Shown here: piece after piece, positions 49,979-64,000 of the stretch
How positions within the stretch are numbered: the first letter of the stretch is position 1
Layout: every line of letters starts with the position of its first letter
Assembly (NCBI RefSeq): GCF_009914755.1
Contig: NC_060937.1
Direction: 5' to 3' (one strand)
Source of the DNA: the human T2T-CHM13v2.0 reference genome, Homo sapiens
DNA: 64,000 bases
Notes under the pieces: model-generated
What the model was told of the DNA's origin: nothing
The model's database searches: none
What the model saw: only the letters and a program-made list of their open reading frames with translations
Translations under genes and position numbers: made by a program

Positions 49979-50608
49979 CTACTATTTAGTAGTAAAATAA
50001 TTTATTCCCTTGTTTTTCTGGTAGAGGTACTTTGTGCAGAAAGGGAGAGAATGATTTTCTTAGAGAGGAAGCATGTTAAAAGTTCAAATAGCATATGGCA
50101 AATCAGTTTTAACTTTAAACTTGAAAAGAGCAACAACACTATTGAGTAATACATAAAAAAGAACATACTTCTCCATTTCAAAGATTCATGAGTAGAGTTA
50201 AAATACCATGTAATTTAACTAAAAACAAATCAAAATCCAAAAAACTTTCTTTTACAAATCTCGTTTTTATCTCAGCATAAGTCCCCAAGAGCTTCTAAGA
50301 GTTTTGTGTATCTGAAGAATTCTGATGTAAGAGCTGAATCCCTGATACCAATCTCACTATCAGGTAGAATTAATCTAAACATTTTTTCAAAAAGTTAGCT
50401 GTTCTTCAGAAATGAAAGATATCTTTGTTTTAAAAACTGCCCATGTTAGAAAATGTCTGTAGACATGGAGTCTCTTTCTTTTAAACCTCTTTTGGAGTAT
50501 AACTGAATTTCCCATGGTTTTTTAAAATGAGTATTTAAGTTACTATGACAGTTGGCTTTTAATAAGTGAGGCAGGTGTGGTGGCATGTGCCTGTAGTCCT
50601 AGCCACTA

Positions 50609-51061
<453 letters not shown>

Positions 51062-51065
51062 CTAA

Positions 51066-51263
<198 letters not shown>

Positions 51264-51908
51264 TAGTAGAGACGGGGTTTCACCATGTTAGCCAGGATGG
51301 TCTCCATCTCCTGACCTCATGATCCACCCGCCTCGGCCTCCCAAAGTGCTGGGATTATAGGCATGAGTCACTGCGCCCCACCTTTGTTTTTTTTTTTTTT
51401 TTTGAGACGGAATCTCACTCCGTCACCCAGGCTGGAGTGCAGTGGCGCAATCTCAGCTCACTGCAACCTCCGCCTTCTGGCTTCAAGAGATTCTCCTATC
51501 TCAGCTCCCAAGTAGCTGGGATTATGGGCACGTGCCACCACACCCAGCTAATTTTTATATTTTCAGTAGAGATGGGGTTCTGCCACGTTGGCCAGGCTGG
51601 TCTCAAACTCCTGACCTCGGGTGATCCGCATGCCTCAGTCTCCTGAAATGCTGGGATTACAGGCGTGAGCCACTGTGCCCGGTCCTCAGTACTTTTTAAG
51701 TTAAATATTTTCACACAATTTACTGGAGAAAAGGAATAGATAGAGATATAGCTAATTTATATTAACAATCATAAACAGTAACAGAATTGGATCTGATGAA
51801 AAAATATCAAGCACAAAGATGAATGTTAGCCGGGCATGGTGGCTCACGCCTGTAATCCCAGCATTTTGGGAGGCCCAGGTGAGAGGATCACTTGAGGTCA
51901 GGAGTTCA

Positions 51909-52115
<207 letters not shown>

Positions 52116-52200
52116 TTAAAAAAAAAAAAAAGGAAAAAAAAAGAAAAAAAGATGAATGTTAATAATTACAGGTACTGGTTGAGTGCTGAACACATGCTAA

Positions 52201-52395
<195 letters not shown>

Positions 52396-53401
52396 TAGTA
52401 GAGATGGGGTTTTACCATGTTGGCCAGGCTGGTCTCAAACGCCTGTCCTCAGGTTCCCAAAGTGCTGGTATTACAGGGATGAGCCACTGTGCCCGGCCAC
52501 ATTTCCTCATTTTAATCACTACCTCAGAGTTATGGTGTCTAAAACAAATGACTTTGGAGGTTGAGTTCTCTTTTGGAAGCCTGCTTTTCTACCCATATAT
52601 TGAGAGGGTGAAACAAACATACCAGCTTCTTAGACTTGCTCACATGGTCCACAAAAAAAGGGAGAAGGACTAACTGTCACATTCTTTTAAGGAACCAAAC
52701 CATGCACGCAGATATGAATCATTGGTATACAAAACTAGAACTGGCCAAGGATTACTATATTAGAGATAGAAGAGCATTCAGGGTCATTAGTAAGCAACCC
52801 AGCACTCCAGACTGAGTTGTGCGTGTAGTTAAGATCTGCTTCCTATGGTTCTTCTTAATGTAATTTTTCTCCGTATCTTTTTCATATCCATTAATTCTAG
52901 TCATCTGTGGGCTTAAAAAACTAAAAACTCAGCTTGTTAGAGCTATGTCTAAATCAGAATTTAAGGGCCAGGCGTGGTGACTCAGCCTGTAATCCCAGCA
53001 CTTTGGGGGCCAAGGAGGGCTGACTGCTTGAGGTCAGGAGTTCAAGACCAGCCTCGGCAACATGGTGAAACCTCATCTGCTAAAAATACCAAACAATTAA
53101 CCAGGCATGGTGGTTTGCACATGCACTCTCAGCTACTCGGGAGGTTGACACATGAGATTTGCTTGAACCCTGGAAGCAGAGGTTGCAGTGAGCCAAGATC
53201 GCATCACTGCACTCCAGGTTGGGTGACAGAATGAGACCTTGTCTCAAAAAATAATAATAAAAAATAAATAAAATAATTTAAAACCTAAGTCACAGCCTGA
53301 GAAATGACTCTATGATCATGAAATACACACTTTTTAGCATTTATTTTGCCTGTTAGGGATTTTTGATTCTATTTAGAAAAGTTAAGCAACTGAACAAGTG
53401 A

Positions 53402-53771
<370 letters not shown>

Positions 53772-53952
53772 TAAAAAGAGGTAGACTAACTACCAGTTAG
53801 GAAACTGAAAATCTGAGAGGAAAGCTTTGCATATTAAAAAACAAAGATGTGGGAAAAGAAAATACAAGTAAAATATAAATGAAAGTTTTGGCTGAGCGTG
53901 GTGGCCCATGCTCCTAATCCCCACAATTTGGGAGGCCGAGGCAGGCAGATCA

Positions 53953-54256
<304 letters not shown>

Positions 54257-54539
54257 TTAAATTATATACATGTAGTTTAAAACCTTACAGGAGCACTTAT
54301 TATCAGAAAAGAAATTGTAGGCAACTTTTGTAAGATGACTTTGTATAAGAATCATCAGAACCAGAACATGTAACCTGGTTACTCTAAGAGGAAATACAAG
54401 CAAGTAGTAATAAATTTCTTTTTGTAGTCATTAAAAAAAAATCAGCTAAGAAAGAAGACATTAGAAACCACTGTAAAACGTACTAAAGAAATGACTTAAA
54501 TGGTCAAAGCAATATTGTAAAAGATATTTAAGCTAATGA

Positions 54540-54553
54540 CTGCCATCTAGTGA
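54540..54553 (-). promoter_or_regulatory. Candidate CTCF motif
   Basis: ctgccatctagtga is the reverse complement of TCACTAGATGGCAG, close to the CCACYAGRKGGCAG core. Motif match only. Confidence 0.4.
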
Positions 54554-55099
54554 GACAGTCACGTAATTATAGGACTTGACTACAAAACCCACGTTCCTGT
54601 TTCATTATTTTCTGAACTATTTCAGTCGCTATTTTTATTAGGGCTTAGGGAAATACATGCAAGGCATGCTTATCAAATTTGTGGCTTAAATGAATTGAGA
54701 AAACAGCTATTGCCCTAAGATAGAACAAGAACCTACACTTTTAGACACAGAAATCTAACAAGTTGAAGTTGAGATAACTAGCCACAATTCCATTCCTGAA
54801 AACAAAGCAAAAGAACACAGAAAGAAATCCACACCAGTATAGAGATGGAGAGACAAAGTTCAAAGGCAATGAACAGGAAAAAGAGTTGGCAATACCTGTA
54901 CGAAGTAACAATGTAATGTGGAAACCAAATCCACACGAACAGACACATCTTCAGTGGAAAATTATAAGAAAAAAATATGCTATGTTTAAAAACTGTAAGA
55001 ACTGGGCCAGGCGCAGTGGTTCATGCCTGTAATCCCAGCACTTTTGGGAGGCCGTGGCTGGTGGATCACGAAGTCAGGAGATAGAGACCATCCTGGCTA

Positions 55100-55457
<358 letters not shown>

Positions 55458-55619
55458 TTAAAAGGAGACGTATTTGCATTTGGTGTCTAGAGGAACTTCA
55501 CAGCTGAGCTGAGACAGAATGAGCTGCTTAAGCATCACTAGAGCTATGCAGTAGAGGCTGAAAGATCACTAGGTAGTTGTAAAAACTTTCCAATATTGGA
55601 TAAATGATTAAATTAGATT

Positions 55620-55810
55620 TAAGAGTCAGCAAACTATAGCCTGTAGCCCAAATCTGATCTGCTGCTTATTTGTGTAAATAAAGGATGTATTTTATCTATG
55701 TCTACTTTCATGCTACAATAGAGCGTTGAGCAGCTGCCACAGAGGCTGACTGGCTTTAAAGCTGAAATATTTACTATATGGTCCTTTACAGAAAAAGTTC
55801 TCTAACACCT
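55620..55810 (+). mobile_element. MER58A-like hAT-Charlie element
   Basis: agagtcagcaaactatagcctgtagcccaaatctg...aaatatttactatatggtcctttacagaaaaagtt. Confidence 0.7.
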
Positions 55811-58275
55811 GAATTACATAAGTAAGAAGATTTCTTCTAATTTCTCTATGCATGTCAACTTCAGAATGTAAGTTTTCTGAGAGCAATGACTGGCTGTTTA
55901 TAAGCTTTGTCAGAACCATATTTTTCACTGGGTGGATCCAAAAACTATGAATTTTGTAACTTTAACCACCTATCATTTATTTGCCTCCTTTCCACCTCCT
56001 GCAAAGAGTATTACATGATGCATATTAATAAAACTTACTAAATTTAATTCAAATTAATTCAATTGAGCTGGGACACTTAAATAATTAGGGATACTTTAAG
56101 GTGCTGTAAAACCAAGGCTACGAATTAATAGCTTAATGATAATCACATGCTTTAATTCTTTAAAACTTAACATTTCTAGTAACAGTGTAGTAAATGGGAT
56201 TATGATAAGGAAAAAATATGGCATCAGAACTCCTTTTCTTTACAGAGTAGTATAAAGGAACTAGATTTATAAGAATAAAGTTCAGATTTTTGTTTTATTG
56301 TTTGGTTCACTCCCTAACATCAGCAAAATCATTTAAATTATCTTTGCCCTACTGCTGAATGACAAAATCAGCTGCTAAAAATCTGATGCCTTATGCCCTC
56401 CCTCCCACTGAGTGACTCCCTCTAGAAAGATAATGCAAGGGAAATATTTATCAAGTTTCTCTTGGGGTCCTCTGGAGAAAATCAGGAAATCACACCAAGT
56501 AACTTTATGAATGAGATTTTCCTTTTAGCCTATCATGATTTACTAAGATGTTGGACATGAAATACTTTTTTAGTAAGAGTGAACTACAACATATCCAACA
56601 ATAAATTCATATCATGTTATAAGCCAGAGAACTTTTTGTGATGATGGAAATGCTATACAACAAGCGGGGCATGGTGGCTCACTTCTGTAGTCCCAGCTAT
56701 TCAGGAAGCTGAGGCAGGAGGATGGAGTTTGAGTCCAGCCTGGGCAACACAGTAAGACCTTATCTCCTTTAAAAAAAAAAAAAGGTAGCTTTTAGCAACA
56801 AGTAATTTAAATGTGGCCAATGAAACTGAGGAACTAAATTTTCATTTTATTTAAATTTAAATAGACACATGCAGCTAGTGCTACTTGTCTGAAGAGCAAT
56901 GGTATGAATATCTTTACAGCTAATTCTCTTAAGAATTATATTAGTTGATTCACTTAGAAGCTTAAAAAAACAAAAAACACCTAGAAAAAAACAAAAAAAA
57001 CAGCTAGAAATACAAGGGATGGGGATGGATGATGGTGGGGGAGAAATATACTTCACAAAGTGTGGAATTAAATAAATATTTATTTCTAGAAGGATATGCA
57101 GTGAGTTTTTCTGTAATTATTATTAAATTTGGGGGGGCCTTATATGTTTACCTTTTTGTGTTGTTTGGTTTGGTTTTTGCTATAACAGGATCTTAATAAA
57201 TATGTAATAATATTCAGTTCTAAACTAGGTCTATTTCATTCATAGATAGTTTTACATATTCATCTTATTTTGGTCTCAATTTGTTTCCTTAGTTCTGTAA
57301 TTTTTTTTTTTTTTTTGAGACAGGCTCTTGCTTTGTCACTGAGGCTGGAGTGCGGTGGGGCAATCACAGCTCACTATAACCTCAAACTGCTGGGCTCAAA
57401 TGATCCTCCTGCCTCAGCCTCCTAAGTAGCTGGGACTAGACGCATACACCACCACACCCTGTTAATTTTTCTCTTATTTTTACAGAGATGGGGTCTTGTT
57501 ATGTTGCCCAGGCTGGGCTCAAACTCCTGGCCTCAAGTGATCTTCCTGCCCTGGCCTCCCACAGTGCTGGAATTACAGGCATGTAAACCTGGCCTGTAAT
57601 TTTTCTTTTAATACCATTTTGTTGTTTTGTCATCTTACCTTTGAAGACCTGTGTTGCTAAATTCTTATTTTCATTGTTTTATTTCTTTAGCCAGAATACT
57701 TGCATGTAATTTTGTCCTTTTCCTTGGATTACAGTCTTAAATCTTTTGTATGCAACTTTAATTCTTTTTTGTGTAATTATATGTTGGTGTGATTGCCATT
57801 TCTTTCTTTTATTTTGTCATGATTAACATGGGCAGCTCTCCTACAGTAAATGAACATTCTCCTTGATGTACCTGTATCTCTTCCCCCTCTAAACTAGAAT
57901 TTCAAGGCCTGAGTATTATATCTGGACTTGAGGGTAGACGGTGGGAAGGCAGGGAGGAGGGACCCTCCCCTGGAGCTCTACGTGGCTTTGTTGGTTACTT
58001 GGGTTCCCTGGTCTTGTGAGATTTTGTCAAGTGTCTTGAACAAGGTACACTCCATCCAGGAAAGGATCTAGTCACATGGATCTGTGTCCCCAATTCAGCT
58101 TACAGTCCTGAAAAATGGCAGACCTCAGCAAGTTTTCTTGCTTCTGCTGAAATTCTGACGTATTGTGTGGTGGTAGGTATATTGTTTGACATATTGTGTG
58201 ATGGTAGGTATATTGTTTGATGTTGTCCAAGGGTGCTTTTTCATTCTCTTATTCATTTTTTCCAGATTGGGAAGT

Positions 58276-58313
58276 ATTTGGCAAACGCTCAGGATCCTGA
58301 GCGTTTGCCAAAT
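58276..58313. repeat. Perfect 38-bp palindrome
   Basis: atttggcaaacgctcagga|tcctgagcgtttgccaaat; the right arm is the exact reverse complement of the left. Confidence 0.97.
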
Positions 58314-58824
58314 TCATCTTATTTCTCTAAATGGCTTTTAAAAGGTAGGAATGGTACTAGGATTTTATTTCTTTCCTCAACCTCCACTTTTTGAAGTTAT
58401 GGTGTGAAGTTTCAAATAATCCTTTTTGAGTGATTGCTGCTTGTGATTTTGTTTGTTTCATCAAAAACTGGATTCTGTGATCCAGCTTCATTTCACATCT
58501 TTACCTGGAATTCAGGCTATACTTTTAAATAAAAGTCTTAATTGAATATGCACAATAAATATTAAAACTTGGGTAGAAGCAATCAGAAACCAAGAGAGAG
58601 AAATGGTCACAATATTAAATAAGTAATTGTCAAGTGAATCTCATAAAATCAGACAATATTTGTAACAAAATGATCAGTTCCTCTATGGGGCTGTACCATT
58701 TGTATAAGGATTTCATACCAAAAACACTCAGTTTTTAAACTGATAGGTAAACTCTCCTTTAACTTTACTTTAGCTCTCCTGCATTCTTGACTGAATGTTA
58801 TTTAAACTACATTCTTATACTCAC

Positions 58825-58938
58825 AGGCCAAGGCTGTAGATCATTTAGCCCCTTTTCTAATTTCTCAACATCTGGAAACTTTGTGGCTCCATCAGCATCT
58901 GCCATAAGGATCTTTTCTCCTCGAGAACTGAATATACC
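58825..58938 (-). CDS. ALG5: ALG5 coding exon (exon 6, 114 nt, phase 0-0), contains the DxD motif
   Basis: tacag|GGTATA...TGGCCT|gtgagt; translates GIFSSRGEKILMADADGATKFPDVEKLEKGLNDLQPWP. Confidence 0.97.
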
Positions 58939-60518
58939 CTGTATTTTAAAATTTCAAGTCAAAGAAAATTGGTTAAAACTCAGGTTAAATTCAATGACAC
59001 TTCAGTCTGTTCTACTTAAAATACCTAAGAGTGAAAGATGAGGTATGAGATGGCTGAAGGAGGCCAGAGTTCACTGAAAACAAATTACCTGTATATTAAG
59101 ATCTTCTCAAATGAACCTATTGCCTATCTTCATTATTTTAAAAACTTTGTGAAGTCATACTACAAATATCTTGGAAAATACCAAGATAATAAAATAGGTT
59201 TGGACAAATTAAAGATATTCTGCATCACAAAGAATAAAAAACGGACAGTACGTATCATACATATTATATGTTTATCGTGTCATGATGCTTAAAATGAATT
59301 ACGGGCTACTTAGAACCACATATAAAGAACATGTTTATAGACAGATTAAACATTCTAATATATAGATATGCTGTGAAATGCACAGGTCTTTAGTATCATT
59401 TATTATAGGATCTAAAGTTTACTAAATTAATTAAAGAAATAAAAAGTGTCAATAAACTTTAAGAATTATGCATAAATCCAAATGTTATGTTATGCCATTT
59501 GCGGTATTTGAAACAGCAAAATTATGCCATTCAATTCTGAATTGGCTGGTCTTTTGTGCAAATTATGGCTCCATGAGTGCATATTTCATACAGAAATAAA
59601 CTGCACATCAACTTTTAATTTCTCTGATGTATTTGAGTGAATTCCTTATTTCTTACGTGCAAATATATTTATGGTTTGATATAGTAAAATTGCTTTGATA
59701 ACACAACATAGTGTGACTATAGGTAAGACATATACAAATGTAGAGAGAAATCAGATCATTTATTCTATGGTATAATAAGCTAACTAGTTAGTATCTGTGA
59801 TGTCTTTTTAATCACACCCATTAGAACAAATGCAAAAGGCTAGGTGAGATGACTCACACCTACTACAATCCTAGCACTTTGGGAAGCTGAGGTGGAAGGA
59901 TTGCTTGAGCTCAGGAGTTTGAGACCAGTCTGGGCAATACAGTGAGACTCCATCTCTACAAAAAAATTTAAAAAATTAGCCTGATATAGTGGCACATGCC
60001 TGTAGTCCCAGCTACTTGGGAGGCTGAGGTGGTAAAAAAACTGGAGCTATTAGTCTGAAATGGGGCAAAAAACCAGTAAGTGACTAATTTCAATGATGCG
60101 TGATCAAACTTGTTTAAGCCTACTTTCCTGTTCTACCGTCTATGGCCTTCACTTTGCTGCAGCTCCTTGAAAAGGCAGTCTACCATAGCAACTCCCATTT
60201 GTGTTTCCTCAGTCATATTTTATACCCATTATTTCTCATGTGCCTCACTGCCTTAAGATTTCCTGATTCTCCTTTTCTCTGTAACCTCCTCTTTGCCAGT
60301 TTAATGGCTTCAGGTTCAACTATCATCTGACATATGTGGATGACTCACTCACATCCTCTCTCCTAGGCTATTCTGGATACCACTGCATGTTGTTTCAAAC
60401 TTAACATGGCTCAAACTCAACATAACTGCCTCTTATACCAGCTCCTCCTCCAGTGTTTCATTCCTTCTATTAATGGCATCGTCATCCTCCCTGTTACCCA
60501 AGGCCAGTGGTACTCATT

Positions 60519-60923
60519 TGACATAGTTTGGATCTGTGTCCCCTCCAAATTTCATATTGCAATGTGATCCCCAATGTTGGAGGTGGGGCCCAGTGGGAGG
60601 TGTTTGGGTCATGGGGGTGGATCCCTCATGAACAGCTTGGTGCTGTCCTTGCAATAGTGAGCAAGTTTTCATGAGATCTGGTTGTCTAAAAGTGTGTGGC
60701 ACCACCGTGCCCGCTAACTTGCTCCTGTTCTCGTCATACGATGCTCCTGCTTCCACTTCGCTTTCTATCATGAGTGGAAGCTTCCTGAGGCCTTCACTAG
60801 AGGCAAATGCTGGCACCATGCTCCGTGTACAGCATGCAGAACCGTCAATCAATCACATCTCTTTTCTTTATATGTTATCCAGTCTCAGGTATTTCTTTAT
60901 AGCAATGTAAGAATGGCTTAGCA
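60519..60923 (+). mobile_element. MSTA/MSTB-type MaLR solo LTR
   Basis: tgacatagtttggatctgtgtcccctccaaat...cagtctcaggtatttctttatagcaatg. Confidence 0.85.
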
Positions 60924-62681
60924 TGTCATTCTTCTCTCTGATCCCAGACCCAATGCTATGTCATTTTAATAGCTCTCACATTTATCCCCTCATTTTCTTC
61001 TCTTCTGTCACTATCATAATCCAAATAAATATTCATCATACCTTGCCCAATATTGCTACACTTGATGCTGGCTGATTAAAGTGTCACTCTGTCAATGGTA
61101 AAAAATGTAAAAGCCCCTCGTCTACAGTTTGTGACCTTAACTCACCCACCGCTCCAGCCTTATCTCCAGTCAAGACGTGGGTACCATGAGTGGGTCCTTT
61201 ATTGTGGCATGTTCTTTCACATTGCTGTGCCTTTGTTCATGTTCCCCGTCTAGGCTCCCTGCCCTCCCAACCTGTAGGTGGTTAAGTCCTAATCCTCCTT
61301 AAAGACCCCGCCGAGAATTTGCCTCCTCTGGGACATCTGTGCTGCTGCCCTCAAAAGATGGTGGCACCAACTTTTTGCATGTACTTCTATTATAGCATTT
61401 ACAACACTGTATGGCAATGGTCTGTCTCCCTACTAAACTGTGATGTCCTTAAGGACAGAATAGGTGTCTTTCATCTCAGTGTCTCTAATGAAAATACAAC
61501 ATTGGCTGAATAAAGAAACAAATGGATAGATTTAAAGCCCATCATGACACTGCATCAATCCTACTTTCTTTCTGTTTCATATATCCTGTGACCCAGCCAA
61601 AGTGAATCACTGTTTCTAGTACATATCCAAAGAGTTCCTACTTCTGTCTTTTCTGGCTTTACTAAATGGCGTGCTGTTTTCTCAAGTCTTTTCTCTATAG
61701 AGTTATCAGAGAGGTTAAAAGCATGGCTTTCAGAGTGAAACTAACTGCATCCAAATCTTGACTCTACCTCTTATCATCTGATAACACTGGGTAATTTACT
61801 TTACCTTCTTTACTCACTTTCCTCAACTATATAATAATCAAACTAATATTACCCAACTCATAAGACACTGTGAAGAGGGCAACATGTGATGATTTGTATC
61901 CTGACCATTTCCCTTCTCCTTCCTGTTGAATGTGGACGTGATGGCTAGTGCTCCAGGAGTCACCCTGTGTGCATGAGGAAGAAGGAGTGAAACGGCAGAA
62001 GCCTGGACTTCTGATGACTGTGGAGTTGAACAAGCCCTGGACTGCCCACCTTTAGACTTCTTTTTATGAGGGAAAAATAAATAAATGGACCTCAAAGTCA
62101 ATTATTTAGGTTTTCTTTCACATATCTTGATTTTTAAACTTCCAGCTTGATTCATAGCTGATATGCCTCAGCTGACAGTAACCTCTTTTTTGAAATTTCT
62201 TAGCACTTTATCTGCATGTCTCTCATAATTATAATCTTCTTTTTTACTTATGCAAATGCTTACCTTTCCTATTAGACTGCACATTTCATCAGGACAGACC
62301 CAAGTCAAATTCATCTTAGTTCATGCTACCATGCATAACAGCATACCTTCATCAAGGTAAAACTTAATACAAAAAACATTTTTTAAACTGCAAAAAACCA
62401 CATAAGCTATCTGCTAACTCTATCAAAGATACAGAGGTAGATGGTAACATTTTAAACTTTAAGATAAACATAAATACATAAATCTATTTTTAAATCACCC
62501 ACTATATTATAGATATGACACATCTTAAAATTTGACTAAAAACATGAAGTTATTATTAAAATTATGTTATCACTAACTTGAAATGCTGGTATTCAAGCAG
62601 TGGGCAAACATACAAGTCTGCAAAAGACATTATTCAAGATACCTTCATATTTTAGATAAAAATGTTGAAAATATGTATTAC

Positions 62682-62774
62682 CATTCTAATCGCTCCACCT
62701 TTTCCACGATTCTTCACCAGGGTTATCACACGTACTTTGTCACTTCCATATTTCTGGCAATATTTAAAAGCTAC
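62682..62774 (-). CDS. ALG5: ALG5 coding exon (exon 5, 93 nt, phase 0-0)
   Basis: Reverse strand reads tcatag|GTAGCT...AGAATG|gtaata and translates VAFKYCQKYGSDKVRVITLVKNRGKGGAIRM. This includes the GT2 NxGKG motif and matches my recollection of human ALG5. Confidence 0.97.
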
Positions 62775-64000
62775 CTATGAAATTATATAAAAATCAGAAT
62801 AAAATTAATTTGGATTAAAGAGAATTATATAAGCTGTGTTTCTTGCTTTGGTTCAAACACTGCTATTGCAGTTTATCCCTTCTTGTGACTAGGTTACACC
62901 CACTGTACATTCTGATGACCTGGAGGAGCTGTAGAAATCTTGGTGCCATTGACCTACTAGGTTGAAATCATAGTTCAGTTTCCTGCAGAGGAACCACCAC
63001 AGTGGGCAATGACCTTCTTTTCTTGACTCCTCTACCTAAGCTACTGAGCTGCTAAAAAACAAACAACAACAACAACAAAAAACAACAAAAAAACCCCACA
63101 AAAGCCATGTGCTATCTGACTGGTACAAACTTATGATTGGGCCCTTAACACTGGTTAATGACTTTTGTATTTGTTCTGGTCTGCAATCGCTCTTATTCCC
63201 CAGAGAGGCTGTTTGTATCCTGACCATTTCTCCCGAATCTTTTCACTCAAATTCCTCTCTCTCAGCAGTAAATTCTCTTCTAAATCTTCAATCTCTTCCT
63301 CTCTGCTGGCTCCACAGCCTCAGACTTGCTCAAGCTGCCAGCATCCTAAAAACTTTCCTTTGACTTCACTATTTTCTCAAGCTACGGCCATTACTCTGCT
63401 TTATAATCAAAGTCGTGAGATAGTGATCTATATTTGCCACCTGCATTTCATCACCCATTTATTTTTCGGTCCACTGTAGTAGGGCTCATGCCCTTTGCTC
63501 TTCCACATCCCGTTTCCTTGTAACCTTAGCCCATCAGGTACCCTCTCCTTTGACAACCATCTCTACAGGCAGCTGTAAAGTTGCTCTCATCTGGCCTTTG
63601 CCCTCCTCTACTGTTCCCAAGTTTTCACCAATAACTCCTTTTGCTTGGCTTGCTCCTTAAATGCTGATAATCCACACAAGGACTGACTCTACACTGTACA
63701 TACAGCTAATGGGAAACCCCTGGCCATCTTCTCTTCTCAACATAAAAGCTCACTGGGAGTCACTGCATGGGCTTAATTATAGCTTATATTTATGAATCTC
63801 ACATGTCTGTTTAGAGCCCAGACTCTTCTCTCCTGTGTCACCTAGTTATATATTGGATAAATAAAAACTCCAGAATTTCATTCATCTCCTCCTCCCAACT
63901 TCTGCTCAGTCTACATTCCTTGCTGCAGCAAATGGCATCATCATCTACTAAGTTCTCAAATTGAAAACCTGAGAATCATCTTCCATTTCTATCACCCATT

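Overview
Primate (human or close catarrhine) genomic DNA, mostly interspersed repeats. The only intact protein-coding sequence is the 3' part of ALG5 (dolichyl-phosphate beta-glucosyltransferase) on the minus strand. It has six GT-AG exons (62774->23111) that splice in frame into the last 206 aa; these are exons 5-10 by my recollection of the gene. The 5' exons lie beyond the window end. Two L1-mediated retrocopies have intact target-site duplications (TSDs): a full-length EIF4A1 processed pseudogene (12767->11012) and a multiply deleted HERV-W (LTR17/HERV17) processed pseudogene (29815-32171). The HERV-W copy lies antisense in ALG5 intron 8 and keeps a 95-aa syncytin-like mini-Env ORF. Also present are a near-full-length Tigger2, MaLR LTRs, old L1/L2 fragments and about 50 Alus. 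Small oddities read directly from the sequence include a ~100-bp inverted templated insertion inside an Alu, a perfect 38-bp palindrome, a 22-nt tRNA-Asp 5' fragment and a hairpin beside the exon 7 donor. I see no convincing new biological system; the findings concern retroposition and repair history and possible RNA-level regulation. Repeat boundaries and subfamily calls were made by eye and are approximate.
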